Origin: Mobula hypostoma
Taxonomy: Eukaryota
DNA length: 64,000 nucleotides
Direction of reading: 5' to 3'
Assembly: GCF_963921235.1 (NCBI RefSeq)
Contig: NC_086101.1
Span: forward strand, 6,202,001-6,266,000
Part shown: positions 1-12,206 of the stretch, one piece after another
How positions within the stretch are numbered: the first letter of the stretch is position 1
Layout: the number at the start of each line of letters is the position of its first letter
Notes under the pieces: model-generated
Told to the model about the DNA's origin: nothing
The model's input: only the letters and a program-made list of their open reading frames with translations
Databases searched by the model: none
Translations under genes and position numbers: made by a program

Positions 1-2933
1 ACGAAGGAAGGCCTACAAGATTGAATATTGTAAAGAATACTTGTAGTCACTTAGACTTATCAATCACTTCCTCAAACTTAGCCAGGGTTGGGGAATGGGA
101 TGTTATGGACAGATACACACTAGGAAGTGATCACTATCCTATATTATGTAGATTTGGTAGAAATTTGGTCGCAGAAGTTGAGGAGAATGCTGCGACGTAT
201 AATTATTCTTTTGCCCGTTGGGTCCCTGAGAAAGTTATGGATATCATTGAAGAGATTGATAGCGAGGGTTCCATAGACGATTGGAAAAATCCCTCTGTTC
301 TATAATTCATAAAGTTGCTCAGTTGACTATTCCGCTACATAATGTTCCTAAGGCTCGAGCATTGGTTCCGTGGTGGAATAAAAATTGTGATATAGCAGTA
401 AGAAACAGAAATAGAGCTTACAGGAAGTTAAGAAAGAACCCAGTGTTAGATAATGTTATCGAGTATAAAAAGGAAAGCAGTATCAAGGAGAGGAATTAAA
501 AATGCAAAGAGGGATAGTTGGAGAAGATGCTATGGAACCCTGGGCCCTGAGACACCTATAAAGCAGCTATGGACGATCATTCACAGAATGTCAAGGCTTG
601 TACTCGTTGGAATTTAGAAGATTGAGGGGGGATCTGATTGAAACGTATAAGATCCTAAAGGGATTGGACAGGCTAGATGCAGGAAGATTGTTCCCGATGT
701 TGGGGAAGTCCAGAACGAGGGGTCACAATTTGAGGATAGAGGGGAAGCCTTTTAGGACCGAGATTAGGAAAAACTTCTTCACACAGAGAGTGGTGAATCT
801 GTGGAATTCTCTGCCACAGGAAGCTGTTGAGGCCAGCTCATTGGCTATATTCAAGAGGGAGTTAGATATGGCCCTTGTGGCTACGGGGGTCAGGGGGTAT
901 GGAGGGAAGGCTGGGGCAGGGTTCTGAGTTGGATGATCAGCCATGATCATAATAAATGGCGGTGCAGGCTCGAAGGGCCGAATGGCCTACTCCTGCACCT
1001 ATTTTCTATGTTTTCTATGCTTTTTCTATGATATATAGGAAACCATCTATCCCAGCTTTACTGGAAGCAGATATTGAAGCTGTAATCAATAAGCTGATAT
1101 GTTTGTAGAGGTGTTCCAAGCGTTACACAGTTCTGTAGAGTTAGGTGATTTGAGAAAGGAAACTATGTTAAAGGAAAGTTGGAAATTGGACAAGAGTTTG
1201 GATGATAATAGCTCCATAAATTTGTTTTTCTCCCTTCAGGAATTGCAGGAAGCTGTCCAATCAGGTTCAATCATTTCTCCTGGTAGGGATGGACTGTGTT
1301 ATGAATTGCTTAAGCATTAGGAGACTTGGTATTAATAGAAATGCTAGCTTTGTTTAATTCAGTGTGGAAGGAAGGAAAGTTACCAGTAGAATGGAAGCAT
1401 GTTGTGGTAGTTCCAGTTTTAAAACCAGGTAAGGACGCGTCGAGTCCTAACTCGTATCGGCCTATAGCTTTAACATCAGTGCTTTGTAAAAGTATGGAAT
1501 TAATGGTCACCAATGGACTTGTTTAGTTTTTTTAGGAAATAAGGGACATTTTGCTGCCTATCAAAATGGTATTAGAAATGAAAGATCAACAATGGAATCT
1601 GTTGCCCTTTTAGATCATGATATTAAAAAGCGTTTCAAAATAGAGAAGTAATGGTAAGAGTATTTCTAGATATTGAAAGAGCATATGACTCAGTATGGTA
1701 GGACGGTTTATTAATTAAACTCTATGATGTGGGAATTAGAGGTAGAATGTTTAATTGGATCAAAGATTTTCTAAAGGAAAGGACAATTCAAGTAAGAATA
1801 GGCGGAACAAGCTCCAAGTGAGTTAAGATAGGTAATGGTACCCCTCAAGGAAGTGTCATTAGTCCAGTTCTTTTTAATATCATGATAAATGATATCTTTG
1901 ATCAGGTAGGGACAGGATTTGGCAAATCGTTGTTTGCAGACGATGGTGCAATCTGGAAAATAGGAAGAAACGTCAAGTATATATTAAAGCAGGTATAAAA
2001 GGCTTTAAGATCAGTTGAAAACTGGGCTAATAAATGGGGTTTCAGGATTTCTGCTTCTAAGTCAAAATATATGATTTCTGGCTTTAGAAGGAAGATTCCT
2101 GATTGTGAATTGTCTCTATATAATTCTCCATTAGAAAAAGACAAGATATTCAAGATTTTAGGTGTCTGGTTTCATGAAAGACTTAAAAACGTTTGTACTT
2201 GGAGGGATCATATAGATAAAACAATTGGAAAGTGTGAGAAAGTTTTAAACGTTATGAGAAGTATTGCTAGATGTGACTGGGGAGCAGGGCGGGACACTAT
2301 GTAATTAATATATCTAGCTATGATTAGATCAGTTCTTGATTATGGTTGTATTGCTTATGGTTCCGCTGCTACGGCAGTGCTTGAAAAATTAGACACTGTG
2401 CAGTCCAAAGCACTTAGACTCTGTTGTGGAGCTTTTAGAACATCAGTCCCGGCATTATGTGTGGAGATGGGAGAAGTGCCTCTACGTTTAAGATGAGTTC
2501 AGTTAGGCCTGCAGTCTTAGGCAAAACTAAATGGATTCAATCACAACTGTCCACCAAAGTGTCTTTCGCAGGGGAAGTCGGAGCGCCAAAGTAACATTAA
2601 AATATATCCATTTTTAGATGTAGTTAATAACTGGGCTGTGGAATTGAAACTGACTGAGGAAGACATAGCTGACCAAATTTATTTGCCACCCGTTCTGTTT
2701 TGGCTTTTGCCGGAACCACAAGTAGACCTATTCCTCCTTTTTCAGCGCCAAGGAAGCAATTTCCCAGCATCGATTGTAAATGAATATTTAAATAATAGAT
2801 GGAGATCTTATCTGAAGATTTTTACTGATGGCTCAGTGGACCCAGAGAGCAGTAGGGCAGGATTTGGGATGTATGTGTCTCAACTTGGAATAAAGATTGG
2901 TCACCGGGTTTCAAATGGTGTTTCTGTCTTTGC
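1..2933 (+). mobile_element. Degenerate I/Nimb-type LINE ORF2 (endonuclease end, RT, start of RNase H), 3'-truncated, interrupted by CR1
   Basis: Fragments DLSI..GSDHYPI, PVLKPGKDASSPNSYRPIALTS, GTPQGSVISPVLFNI, LFADDGAIW, IFTDGS; many stops and frameshifts; collinear with 55009-57311. Confidence 0.85.
597..1030 (+). mobile_element. CR1 LINE 3' fragment inserted in the Nimb-type LINE
   Basis: YSLEFRRLRGDLIETYKI..RTRGH..FFTQRVVNLWNSLP; TTTCTATG tail; empty site tcaagg|atatatagg is present in the paralog at ~55389-55403. Confidence 0.9.
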
Positions 2934-3693
2934 AGTGTGTTGTGATAATGTCAGGATTTTCTTTAACAGGAGAAACAAAACTTCTCATGGAGCCAACCAT
3001 TGATGGTCGCCATCAGCGCAGGTGTCTACAAAGCTCCTCCAAGACAGACTTTTGCTTTCAGTTATGAAACAAAACATGTAGATATTTCTAGGGCTCTGCT
3101 TGTTTCAGGCAGCTCTTTGCAATAGAAAACGTATTCTTGAATATCACCATTATTTACAAACCTTACAAATGCTACAGCATGACATTTATTGGTGAAATCT
3201 GTAGACTTATCAACCTGGATAGAGAAGATGTTGTTTTTCAGTTTATCACACAAAACCTTTTCAGTATCATGTGACATATCATCAATACGTCGACTGTTCG
3301 AGAGTGAAACATTTTCAATTTCTTGTACTGTATCTTGTCCTAGCATTTTACCCACAATAGTTTTACATGTTGGCATTATTAGGTTCTCAGCAACTATGTG
3401 ACTTTTTCTTTTCTGGGTAATAAGTTCTACTACGAAATAATTTGTGTCCTGAACCCTTTCTCTAACTGTGACTATATTGACAAATGCTTTACTCCGTTTC
3501 TTTTGATATTCCAGTAGCCGTTTAAAATGATCAACATCTTTACATGTCATATGACTGATTTATAGTTAAGTGCCTTTTCAATTATGCTTGAGCCATTGCT
3601 ACAGTTGCTGGTTGTGCCGCAGATTAGGCTCCATGTGTCACCAGTCCGTGTAAAACCAATTGATAAGTAACTTTCATTGCAAAGATGGACCTT
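2934..3693 (-). mobile_element. hAT (Charlie/Buster, ZBED5/SCAND3-like) transposase fragment, degenerate
   Basis: ORF 3062..3550 with H-x-x-AENLI-x-P, SLSN..RRI, FSIQVD-x-STD, AFVRF motifs; paralog at 35170-36230. Confidence 0.8.
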
Positions 3694-5019
3694 TTCAAAG
3701 ATTCAAACATTCAAAGAACTTTATTGTCATTCTAACCATACATCAGCTCTGCAGGGCAGAATGAGATAGCGTTTCTCAGGGGCAGTGCAATCATAACATA
3801 ACAAACGCAACACTAAATAATAACCATAACAATAAATAGTAAAACACAACAGCCACATGTCAGTTAAAATCTCTAAGTGTCCAGTGCAAGTTAAAAGTGT
3901 CCAAAGCAGAGTCAGGTGGAGCAGCTATTTAGCAGTCTGACTGCCTGTGGGAGGAAGCTGTTTAGTAGCCTTGTGGTTTTAGTTTTGATACTCCTGTAAC
4001 GTTTGCCTGATGGCAGAAGAACAAACAGTTCATGGAGAGGGTGTGAGGGGTCTTTAATGATGTACCGTGTCTTCTGGAGGCATCAACTCTGAACGAGGTC
4101 TTGAACAGAAGGTAACCTTCTCTGCTCCCCTAACCACCCTCTGCAAGGCTTTTTTGTCCACAGCACTGCAGCTGGAGTACCAGGTTGTGATGCAAAAGGT
4201 CAGCACACTCTCAACCACGCTTCTGTAGAATGTAGTTAAGATGTTAGTGGGGAGTGATGCTTGTTTAAGCTTCCTCAAAAACTGCAATCTCTGCTGGGCC
4301 CGTTTCACAATCCCAGTGGTGTTCCTGGACCAGGTGAGATTGTCCGAGATGTGCACCCCAAGGAACTTGATGTTTTCCACTCTCTCCACTGCAGAGCCGC
4401 TGATGCTGAGGGGTGTGTGCTCAGGCTCAGACTGTCTGAAATCGACGATCATCTCCTTGGTTTTGGTGACATTAAGCATCAAGTTGTTATCCCTGCACCA
4501 GCTCTCTAGGTGTTTGACCTCCTCCCTGTACATAGTTTTATCATTTTTGCTGATGAGCCCCACCACTGTGGTACCCTTTGCAAGTTTAATGATCAGGTTC
4601 TCCTTGAATCTGGTTGCACAGTCATGTGTTAGCAGTGTAAACAGCAATGGGCTAAGCACACAGCCTTGTGGGGATCCAGTGCTCAGTGTGATGGAGTCAG
4701 AGATGTTACTGCCAACACGGACTGACTGTGGTCTCTCTGTCAAGAAATCCAGAATCCAGCGACACATGGCAGTGCTAAGGCCAAGCAGCGACAGTTTCTC
4801 CACTAGTCTCTGTGGGATGACGGTATTGAACGCTGAACTGAAATCAATGTACAGGATTCTGGCATAAGTGTCTGTGTTGTCCAAGCGAGAGAGAACTGTG
4901 TGCAGTGTGGTGGATATTGCATCCTCCGTAGAGCGATTTGGACGATAAGCAAACTGTAGAGGATCCAGCGATGAGGGGAGGCTGGCTGTGATATGAGGCT
5001 TGACAAGCCGTTCAAAACG
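3694..5019 (-). mobile_element. Rex1/Babar-type LINE, 5'-truncated
   Basis: ORF 4054..4884 with [37 protein letters not shown] plus TTTGAA-repeat tail; absent from the paralog at ~35170. Confidence 0.85.
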
Positions 5020-6449
5020 TTTTGTGTTCCTGTTGCATTAGTGCAGTGAAATGACTCAGAAGATTGTACTTCCTCATCTTTCAGCTTATCAAAATTGTCC
5101 ATAGGCCTAGATTCCTCCTCTTCAATCTCACATTTCCTCAACAAAAAATTACCATAGTACTGTCTTTAGAGTGAAAATTTTGATCAAGTTTTCTGCTATA
5201 CTTAATCAGATTTGTGAGCCATGATTTTTTTTCATGCACAATGCCGTGCTGACTGTCCTGGCTTTTCCAAGTGCTGTCAATCCTGTCTTTCAGAAACTTT
5301 ATCACTACTGATATTCGGCTCAGCAGCCTGGAGTTCCCCGGCTTGCTCATCCGTTCCCCCCTAACCAAAGGCACCACCTGAGCCACCCTCCAGTTTTCCA
5401 GCAACTCACCTGTGGTGAATTGTCAAGCAAATATGTCTGCCAGCTTCTCTGCAAATTCATCCCACGTTCTAATGAGGGACTGTGGGGCAAGACAACAAAG
5501 AGATCCTCGTCACCCATCTTCATCCCCTCCACCTTGTATTTCCAATCTATGCACAGTGTTACATGGATCTTCCCCTTAGTAATAATGATCAGGGAGGCAC
5601 AGAAAGAATCTGTAATTCGCAACAAGTACCTTTATTGCCTGCACGAAAGCACATGTGAATGTACACAACCAATTATCTGTGTGCTCACCCGCTGAGTTTT
5701 CCAGATCCTCCATGAACAGTCACAGAATAGAAGTCTCTGCTGGCCCTGTGTTCCTCATAGTCATGTTTTGAATCTTAACATCAGTGGGGCATTTCAAATC
5801 CACGATGGTGGCTCTCAGAGAGTCAATGTAGCCTGCACACTCGAATCGTCTGCTTTTGTACTCACTCCTTACCAATTCAAATGTTGCAATTCAGTGTTAT
5901 TGGCTGTGGGTCATGTGACTGACCTTTAACACATTCGTATTGGTTCTACTCCAACCAGCATTCAGTCTTTGCCCTCTCGCCAGCAAATGACAACTGGTAA
6001 TTTATGGCTCTTTGTTCTCTTCAGTAACCATCAGGAATCGTGCAGAACAGATACAGACCCCAGCAGTTACAAACATCCAGCCAAAGAACATATCAGAAAT
6101 AACTTCTTATTCGGAATGAGCCTTAGTCCAGCAGTTTACCTGAAGCATTGAGTCTACTTCAAAACACTTATCAAGCAAAGCAACTTGTTCTCAAAATGGA
6201 GGACAGATTTTTATGGCAGCCTTGATCTCCTTCCACCTCATGGCAAGAGCAAAGACAATTGGTCTGTCTGCTTCCAATGTCCTTGCTTCATTCAAATTCA
6301 CTCATTTGTAGCCTGTAGTTCCTTCTGGCCAAAAACACTGTTCACTCACAGGTTTTCCACCCATCTCCCATGTGGATCTGGTTCCATCTGCCATTCATAT
6401 CTCCCTGAATGTTTCCCATTATCACCTCTGTTACTGAGAAGATTACAAA

Positions 6450-7038
6450 TTACAGCTGTACAGCTCCTTCTGCAGCTGCACAGGGCCCTGGTGAGACCAC
6501 ACCTGGAGTACCGTGTGCAGTTTTGGTCTCCAAATTTGAGGAAGGGCATTCTTGCTATTGAGGGAGTGCAGCGTAATTCCCGGGATGGCGGGACTGTCAT
6601 ATGTTGAAAGATTGGAGCGACTGGGGTTGTATACTCTGGAATTTAGAAGGCTGAGAGGGGATCGTATTGAAACATATAAGATTATTAGGGGATTGGACAT
6701 GCTGGAGGCAGGAAACCTGTTCACGCTGATGGGTGAGTCCAGAACCAGAGGCCACAGTTTAAGAATAAGGGGCAGGCCCTTTGGAATGGAGTTGAGGAAA
6801 AACCTTTTCACCCAGAGAGTGGTGGAATGTGGAATGCTCTGCCTCAGAAGGCTGTGGAGGCCAAGTCTCTGGATGTTTTCAAGAAAGAGATGGATAGAGT
6901 TCTTAAAGATAGCGGAATCAAAGGTTATTGGGATCAGGCAGGAACTGGATACTGATTGTGGATGATCAGCAATGATCACAGTGAATGGTGGTGCTGGCTT
7001 GAAGGGATGAATGGCCTACTCCTGCACCTATTGTCTAT
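6450..7038 (+). mobile_element. CR1 3' fragment
   Basis: LVRPHLEY..RRLRGD..RTRGHS motifs and CR1 3' UTR hairpin; empty site at ~34358 in the paralog. Confidence 0.85.
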
Positions 7039-7049
7039 AAAACAAGGCA

Positions 7050-7415
7050 GCCTTTGGTTTTCTGTTTTCCACTTTCTCACTCTCTCCATCACCCAATCCT
7101 GCAACCTCGCTCCATCTTCCTCCCACTTGTTTCTCTCTGTCAGTCTCCATCTGTCATCCACCTCTCGGTGTCCCCCAATTGGAGACCAGACTTCCCCACC
7201 CTTCCCCGACCTGGGGCAACCTGCCCACCATTTTTCACCACTCCTCAGTCCACAGTCACTCCTGTCTCATCACTCCCCTTGTCCTCTGTATACCGGGCAT
7301 CTCCCCTCTCCACTCTCAGTCCTGATGTAGGGTTTTGACATGAAACGTCGACAGTCCCTCTCCCCGACAGATACTGCTCGACCCACTGACTTCCTCCAGC
7401 AGTTTGTGTGAGGCC
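7050..7415 (+). mobile_element. Old Penelope-like element 3'/pLTR remnant (paralog 33985-34345, minus)
   Basis: Pyrimidine-rich tract then CTGATGT..GAAACGTCGAC and the ctgctcgacccactgacttcctccagcagtttgtgtg end shared with other copies. Confidence 0.55.
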
Positions 7416-7740
7416 TGATTATTGGATAGAGTTAAGGTGGAGGGAGAGAAATGGAGATCGAGAGATGGAGGTTTTGGATATCTGACATAGAAGAGGAGTT
7501 GATGCCGAAATCGATCAGTCACTGTCACACTGAATGGAGGGCCTGTTCCTATGCTATATCTTCTCTGTTCCCTGTTTAGAAGAATGAGAGGAGATCTCAG
7601 GGAAACACAAATATCTTTCCAGGCTCAACAGACAGGATGCAGGGAGGATGTTTCCCCTGTCGAGCAGTCGAGGGTCAGTGGTCACTACCTCAGGGTGGTT
7701 ATACCCTCGAGAGGATGGTGTATCTTTGGAATCCTTTGCA

Positions 7741-8365
7741 CTAGACTGGTCAAAGAACACTGAGGCTGTCTACAAGAAGGGTCAGAGCCGTCTCTATTTC
7801 CTGAGGAGACTGATGTCCTTTAACATCTGCCGGATGATGCTGAGGATGTTCTACGAGTCTGTGGTGGCCAGTGCTATCATGTTTGCTGTTGTGTGCTGGG
7901 GCAGCAGGCTGAGGGTGGCAGACACCAACAGAATCAACAAACTCATTCGTAAGGCCAGTGATGTTGTGGGGATGGAACTGGACTCTCTCACAGTGGTGTC
8001 TGAAAAGAGGATGCTGTCTAAGTTGCATGCCATCTTGGTCAATGTCTCCCATCCACTACATAATGTACTGGGTGGGCACAGGAATACATTCAGCCAGAGA
8101 CTCATTCCACCGAGATGCAACACAGAGCGTCATAGGAAGTCATTCTTGCCTGTGGCCATCAAACTTTACAACTCCTCCCTTGGAGGGTCAGACACCCTGA
8201 GCCGATAGGCTGGTCCTAGACTTATTTCATAATTTACTTGCATAATTTACATATTACTATTTAACTATTTATGGTTCTATTACTATTTATTATTTATGGT
8301 GCAACTGTAACGAAAACCAATTTCCCCCGGGATCAATAAAGTATGACTATTACTGCTACTATTAC
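7741..8365 (+). mobile_element. Rex1/Babar-type LINE 3' fragment
   Basis: LDWSKNT..SRLYFLRRL..SFLPVAIKLYN; AATAAA plus short-repeat tail; near-identical to 27085-28887; absent from the paralog at ~33645. Confidence 0.85.
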
Positions 8366-9199
8366 CAGAGGGCTGTGGGGTCTCACTCATTCAGTTCATT
8401 TAAAGTCACAGAATCATCTTTGTACAGTACAGAAATGGGCCTTTGAATCCATCACCTGCTGATCTATTACCTATCTACACTCATCCATTTCGCTGGTATT
8501 AGGTGACACTCCTTCTGTGCCTTGTCCATTGAAATGACCATCCAAGTGAATCTTAAACACCGTGGACTGGAGGCCTGTGACCTGCAGGCGTCGCTGCTGG
8601 GTCCGCAGTTGTCTGTTATTCATTTTAATGATTTGGATGAGAATGTAGATGACATATTTGGTAGGTTTATGAATGACACTAAAATTCGTGGTATAGTGGA
8701 CAGTGAAGAGGATTATCTAAGTTTGATCAACTGGGCCAGTGGGCCGAGGAATGGCGGGTGGGGTTTAATTCAGGGAAATGTGGGGTGTTGTACTTTGGGA
8801 AAACAAACCAGGATGGGACTTACACAGCAATTGTACCACTCTGGAGAATGTTGTCCAATGGAGAGACCAAGTGGCACAGGTACATCGTTCCTTCAAAACC
8901 GTGACACAGTTTACAGTGCTTACCTTTATCAGTCAGAATACTGAGTACAGCAGCTGGGACTTCCTGTTCCGTGCGTACAAGACGTTGGTCCGGCCACATT
9001 TGGAGCCGTGTGTACAGTTCTGCTCACCTTGCTATAAGAGGGATGTAACTCACCTGGAGAGGGTGTAAGCAGATTTACAAGGATGTTACGGAGGCTGGAG
9101 AGCTTGGATTATAAGGAGAGGCTGGACAGGCTGGGACCTTCTCTCTGGAACTGAAGAGGTTGCCAGAAGAAGCTGTCGAGGTGGGTAGAGCAACCCAAG

Positions 9200-9355
9200 T
9201 ATTTATCATTAGCCTAATCACAAGACAATTTACAATAATCAATTAACCTAGTAATCGGTACACCTTTGGAGGAAACCAGAGCATCTGGGGGAAACCCATG
9301 CAGTCACGGGGGGTCGGGAGGGGGGAGATGTAGAAAACTCCTTCCAGACAGCACC
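9200..9355 (-). repeat. V-SINE (HE1-like) remnant; paralog 32655-32805, another copy 25760-26010
   Basis: V-domain-like TGC(G/A)TGGGTTTCCCCCAGATGCTCTGGTTTCCTCC. Confidence 0.6.
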
Positions 9356-9392
9356 GGAATTTAACTCTAAACTCCAAAAGTGGATGCAAGTT

Positions 9393-10261
9393 TGGAAGGA
9401 CAAACTCCAAGGCACAGTACAAAGTAAATGGCAGGATACTTTGTAGTGTGGAGGAGCAGAGGGATCTCGGGGTACATGTCCACAGATCCCTGAAAGTTGC
9501 CTCACAGGTGGATAGGGTAGTTACAAAAGCTTATGGGGTGTTGGCTTTCATAAGTCGAGGGATAGAGTTTAAGTGTCGCGATGCAATGATGCAGCTCTAT
9601 AAAACTCTGGTTAGGCCACAATTGGAGTACTGTGTCCAGTTCTGGTTGCCTCACTATAGGAAGGATGTGGAAGCATTGGAAAGGGTACAGAGGAGATTTA
9701 CCAGGATGCTGCCTGGTTTAGAGAGTATGCATTATAATCATAGATTAAGGGAGCTAGGGCTTTACTCTTTAGAGAAGGAGGATGAGAGGAGACATGATAG
9801 AGGTGTACAAGATAATAAGAGGAATAGATAGAGTGGATAGCCAGCGCCTCTTCCCCAGGGCACCACTGCTCAATACAAGAGGACCTTATGGCTAAAGGGA
9901 TCAGGGAAGGCTGGTGCAGGGTTCTGAGTTGGATGATCAGCCATGATCATACTGAATGGTGGTGCAGGCTCAAAGGGCCGAATGTTTCTCTGACCTGGCT
10001 TTAAGGTACGGGGTGGGAAGTTCAAGGGGGATATTAGAGGAAGGTTTTTTACTCAGAGAGTGGTTGGTGTGTGGAGTGCACTGCCTGAGTCAGTGGTGGA
10101 GGCAGATACACTAGTGAAGTTTAAGAGACTACTAGACAGGTATATGGAGGAATCTAAGGTGGGGGCTTATATGGGAGGCAGGGTTTGAGGGTTGGCACAA
10201 CATTGTGGGCCAAAGGGCCTGTACTGTGCTGTACTATTCTATGTTCTAGGTTCTATGTTCT
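9393..10261 (+). mobile_element. CR1 (second family) 3' part with nested CR1 3'-UTR fragment at 9887-9991
   Basis: ORF 9448..9831 matches 41121..41561; flanked by AAGTT duplication (9388-9392, 10262-10266); nested piece flanked by GACCT (9882-9886, 9992-9996). Confidence 0.85.
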
Positions 10262-10630
10262 AAGTTGTAATGACCTCGCGCAAACCAGTATGAGGCCAAG
10301 CAAATGGGACTATGTCATTAAAGCAAGTTGGTTGGCACAAACGTGTTGGGCCGAAGAGGCTCTCTGACCTCCTGTTTAAACTCCTCCAATATTCACTCAG
10401 CCCATCCCCATCTGGATCCAGTTGTTGTCCCAGCGCCTACCAACACCGGTTTTCACTGGTCATCTCCCCTCTTTCCTTCCATTCCTGAGGAAAGATCTGG
10501 ACTTGAATCGGGGCCCGGCCACTTCCCTCCACACATACTGCTCGATCCGTTAAGATCCTACAGAATTTTGTTTATGTTGATCGGGGAAACTCCGTTCTTT
10601 ATCCCAGAGGGAAAACCTCGGGAAGATACT

Positions 10631-10803
10631 CAAACACAAGGAATTATGCAGATGCTGGAAATTCAAGCTACTCACATCAAAGTTGCTGGTGAACGCAGCA
10701 GGCTCGGACTGACGAAGGGTCTCGGTCCGAAACGTCGACTGTACCTCTTCCTAGAGATGCTGCCTGGCCTGCTGCGTTCACCAGCAACTTTGATGTGTGT
10801 TGC
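10631..10803. mobile_element. Short Penelope-like inverted pLTR remnant containing a hammerhead core
   Basis: 37-bp inverted repeat 10667-10703 / 10767-10803; CTGACGA..GAAACGTC in the loop; absent from the paralog at ~32255. Confidence 0.7.
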
Positions 10804-10916
10804 TCGGGATGAAACTAGTCGTCCATCGATTCTAGTTGGCCCTTTCACTGTGACCGCGCTGCCCGAGTCTCCCCCCGATCCCCGAGGTCTCTCTAATTCT
10901 CTGCTTCTCCCCCCAG

Positions 10917-11491
10917 TCTCTGTCACCCTGGATGTGGAAACGGCGAGTCCGCGGCTCGAGGTGTCTGAGGATCGGAAGAGTGTGAGACTGACCGGGCCCC
11001 GGAGGAATCTCCCTGACACCGGGAAGAGGTTCACAGACCGGGTTTGTGTGCTGGGATCGGAGGGATTCACATCGGGGAGACATTACTGGGAGGTGGAGGT
11101 GACGGGGAATCGGTGGTGGGATCTGGGAGTCGCTGCAGAGTCTGTGGAGAAGAAAAGACGGGTCACACCGAGTCCGGAGACCGGATTCTGGAGCATCGCA
11201 CGGCGTGATGACGAGATGTGGATTCTCACCGCCCCTGAAGCCCGTCTCCCTGCCGGTCCCATCCCCGGGAGGGTGGGAGTTTATCTCCGTTACGAGTCCG
11301 GGACAGTTTCATTTTACAACGCGGCGACCAAGTCCCATCTCCACACCTTCACTGGGAATAAATTCACGGAGAGACTTTATCCTTTGTTTTGGATTTGGGA
11401 TGAAAACCAGTGGCTGAGAATCTGCTCCGGTTCCGCTCCGGGTCTGTATACGGATCGGGTCCCGGGACCGGCGTCAGGAGTAAGTCAGTGA
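10917..11491 (+). CDS. TRIM-type PRY/SPRY (B30.2) terminal exon, copy A; open frame, no upstream exons in window
   Basis: Pyrimidine tract plus CAG acceptor at 10914-10916; VTLDVETA, VLGSEGFTSGRHYWEVEV, GRVGVYL, LYPLF motifs; AATAAA at 11513-11518. Confidence 0.8.
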
Positions 11492-12206
11492 ATATAAATG
11501 CGCGGAGAGTGAAATAAACACAGTTTGAGAATGATCGATCCATTAATTTTCACTCGTTCACCGCATCCGTCATCGGAACGGAAACACTGCGGATTCAGCA
11601 GCAGCCGCGGGCGGCGGGTCCTGAGCTCCCCGGCTCCTGCAGTCCACCGGCACTGAGCCGGCAGAAGGGGGACAAGTGGCGGGGCTGATGACTGGTAGAA
11701 GGAAGTCAAGGTGAACCTCAGGAAGGTGGGACATGTTGAATGTGGATCAGAATGAGGTTTAATATAACCAGCAGAAGCTGTGAAATTTGTTGACTTTCCG
11801 CCAGCAGAGCAATGGAATGCGTAATGATGGAGAAAAAAACTAATTCTGGTAAGGAGATATATTAAATAGTCAAATTAAATAATTAGAGCAAAAATAGAAA
11901 TAAAAAGTAGTGAGCTAGTGTTCATGGATTCAATGTTCATTCAGAAATCGTTTGGCTGAGGGGAAGAAGCTGTTCCTTAATTGTTGAGTTTCTGTAACTC
12001 CTTCCTGATGGTAACAATGAGAACAAGGCATGACCTGGGTGATGGAGCTGACTAAGTTTATGCAGTAACCCCGTGCAGCTTACTTCTATCTTGTGTAGTA
12101 GCAGTGATGCAGGCAGTGTGAATGCTCTCCACAATACACATGCAGAAATTTTCAAGTGTGTTTGGTGACATACCAGCTCTTCTCAAACTCCTAATGAATT
12201 ATAAAT

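Noticed and set aside
3062..3550. Domesticated ZBED5/SCAND3-like host gene
   Set aside because: Frameshifted and truncated; the paralog is internally deleted; consistent with a decayed hAT transposon
10328..10916. N-terminal 196 aa of the 387-aa ORF 10328..11491 as a novel domain
   Set aside because: Intron-equivalent sequence plus a Penelope-like insert; starts at TTG; the paralog is not continuously open; a clear acceptor lies at 10916
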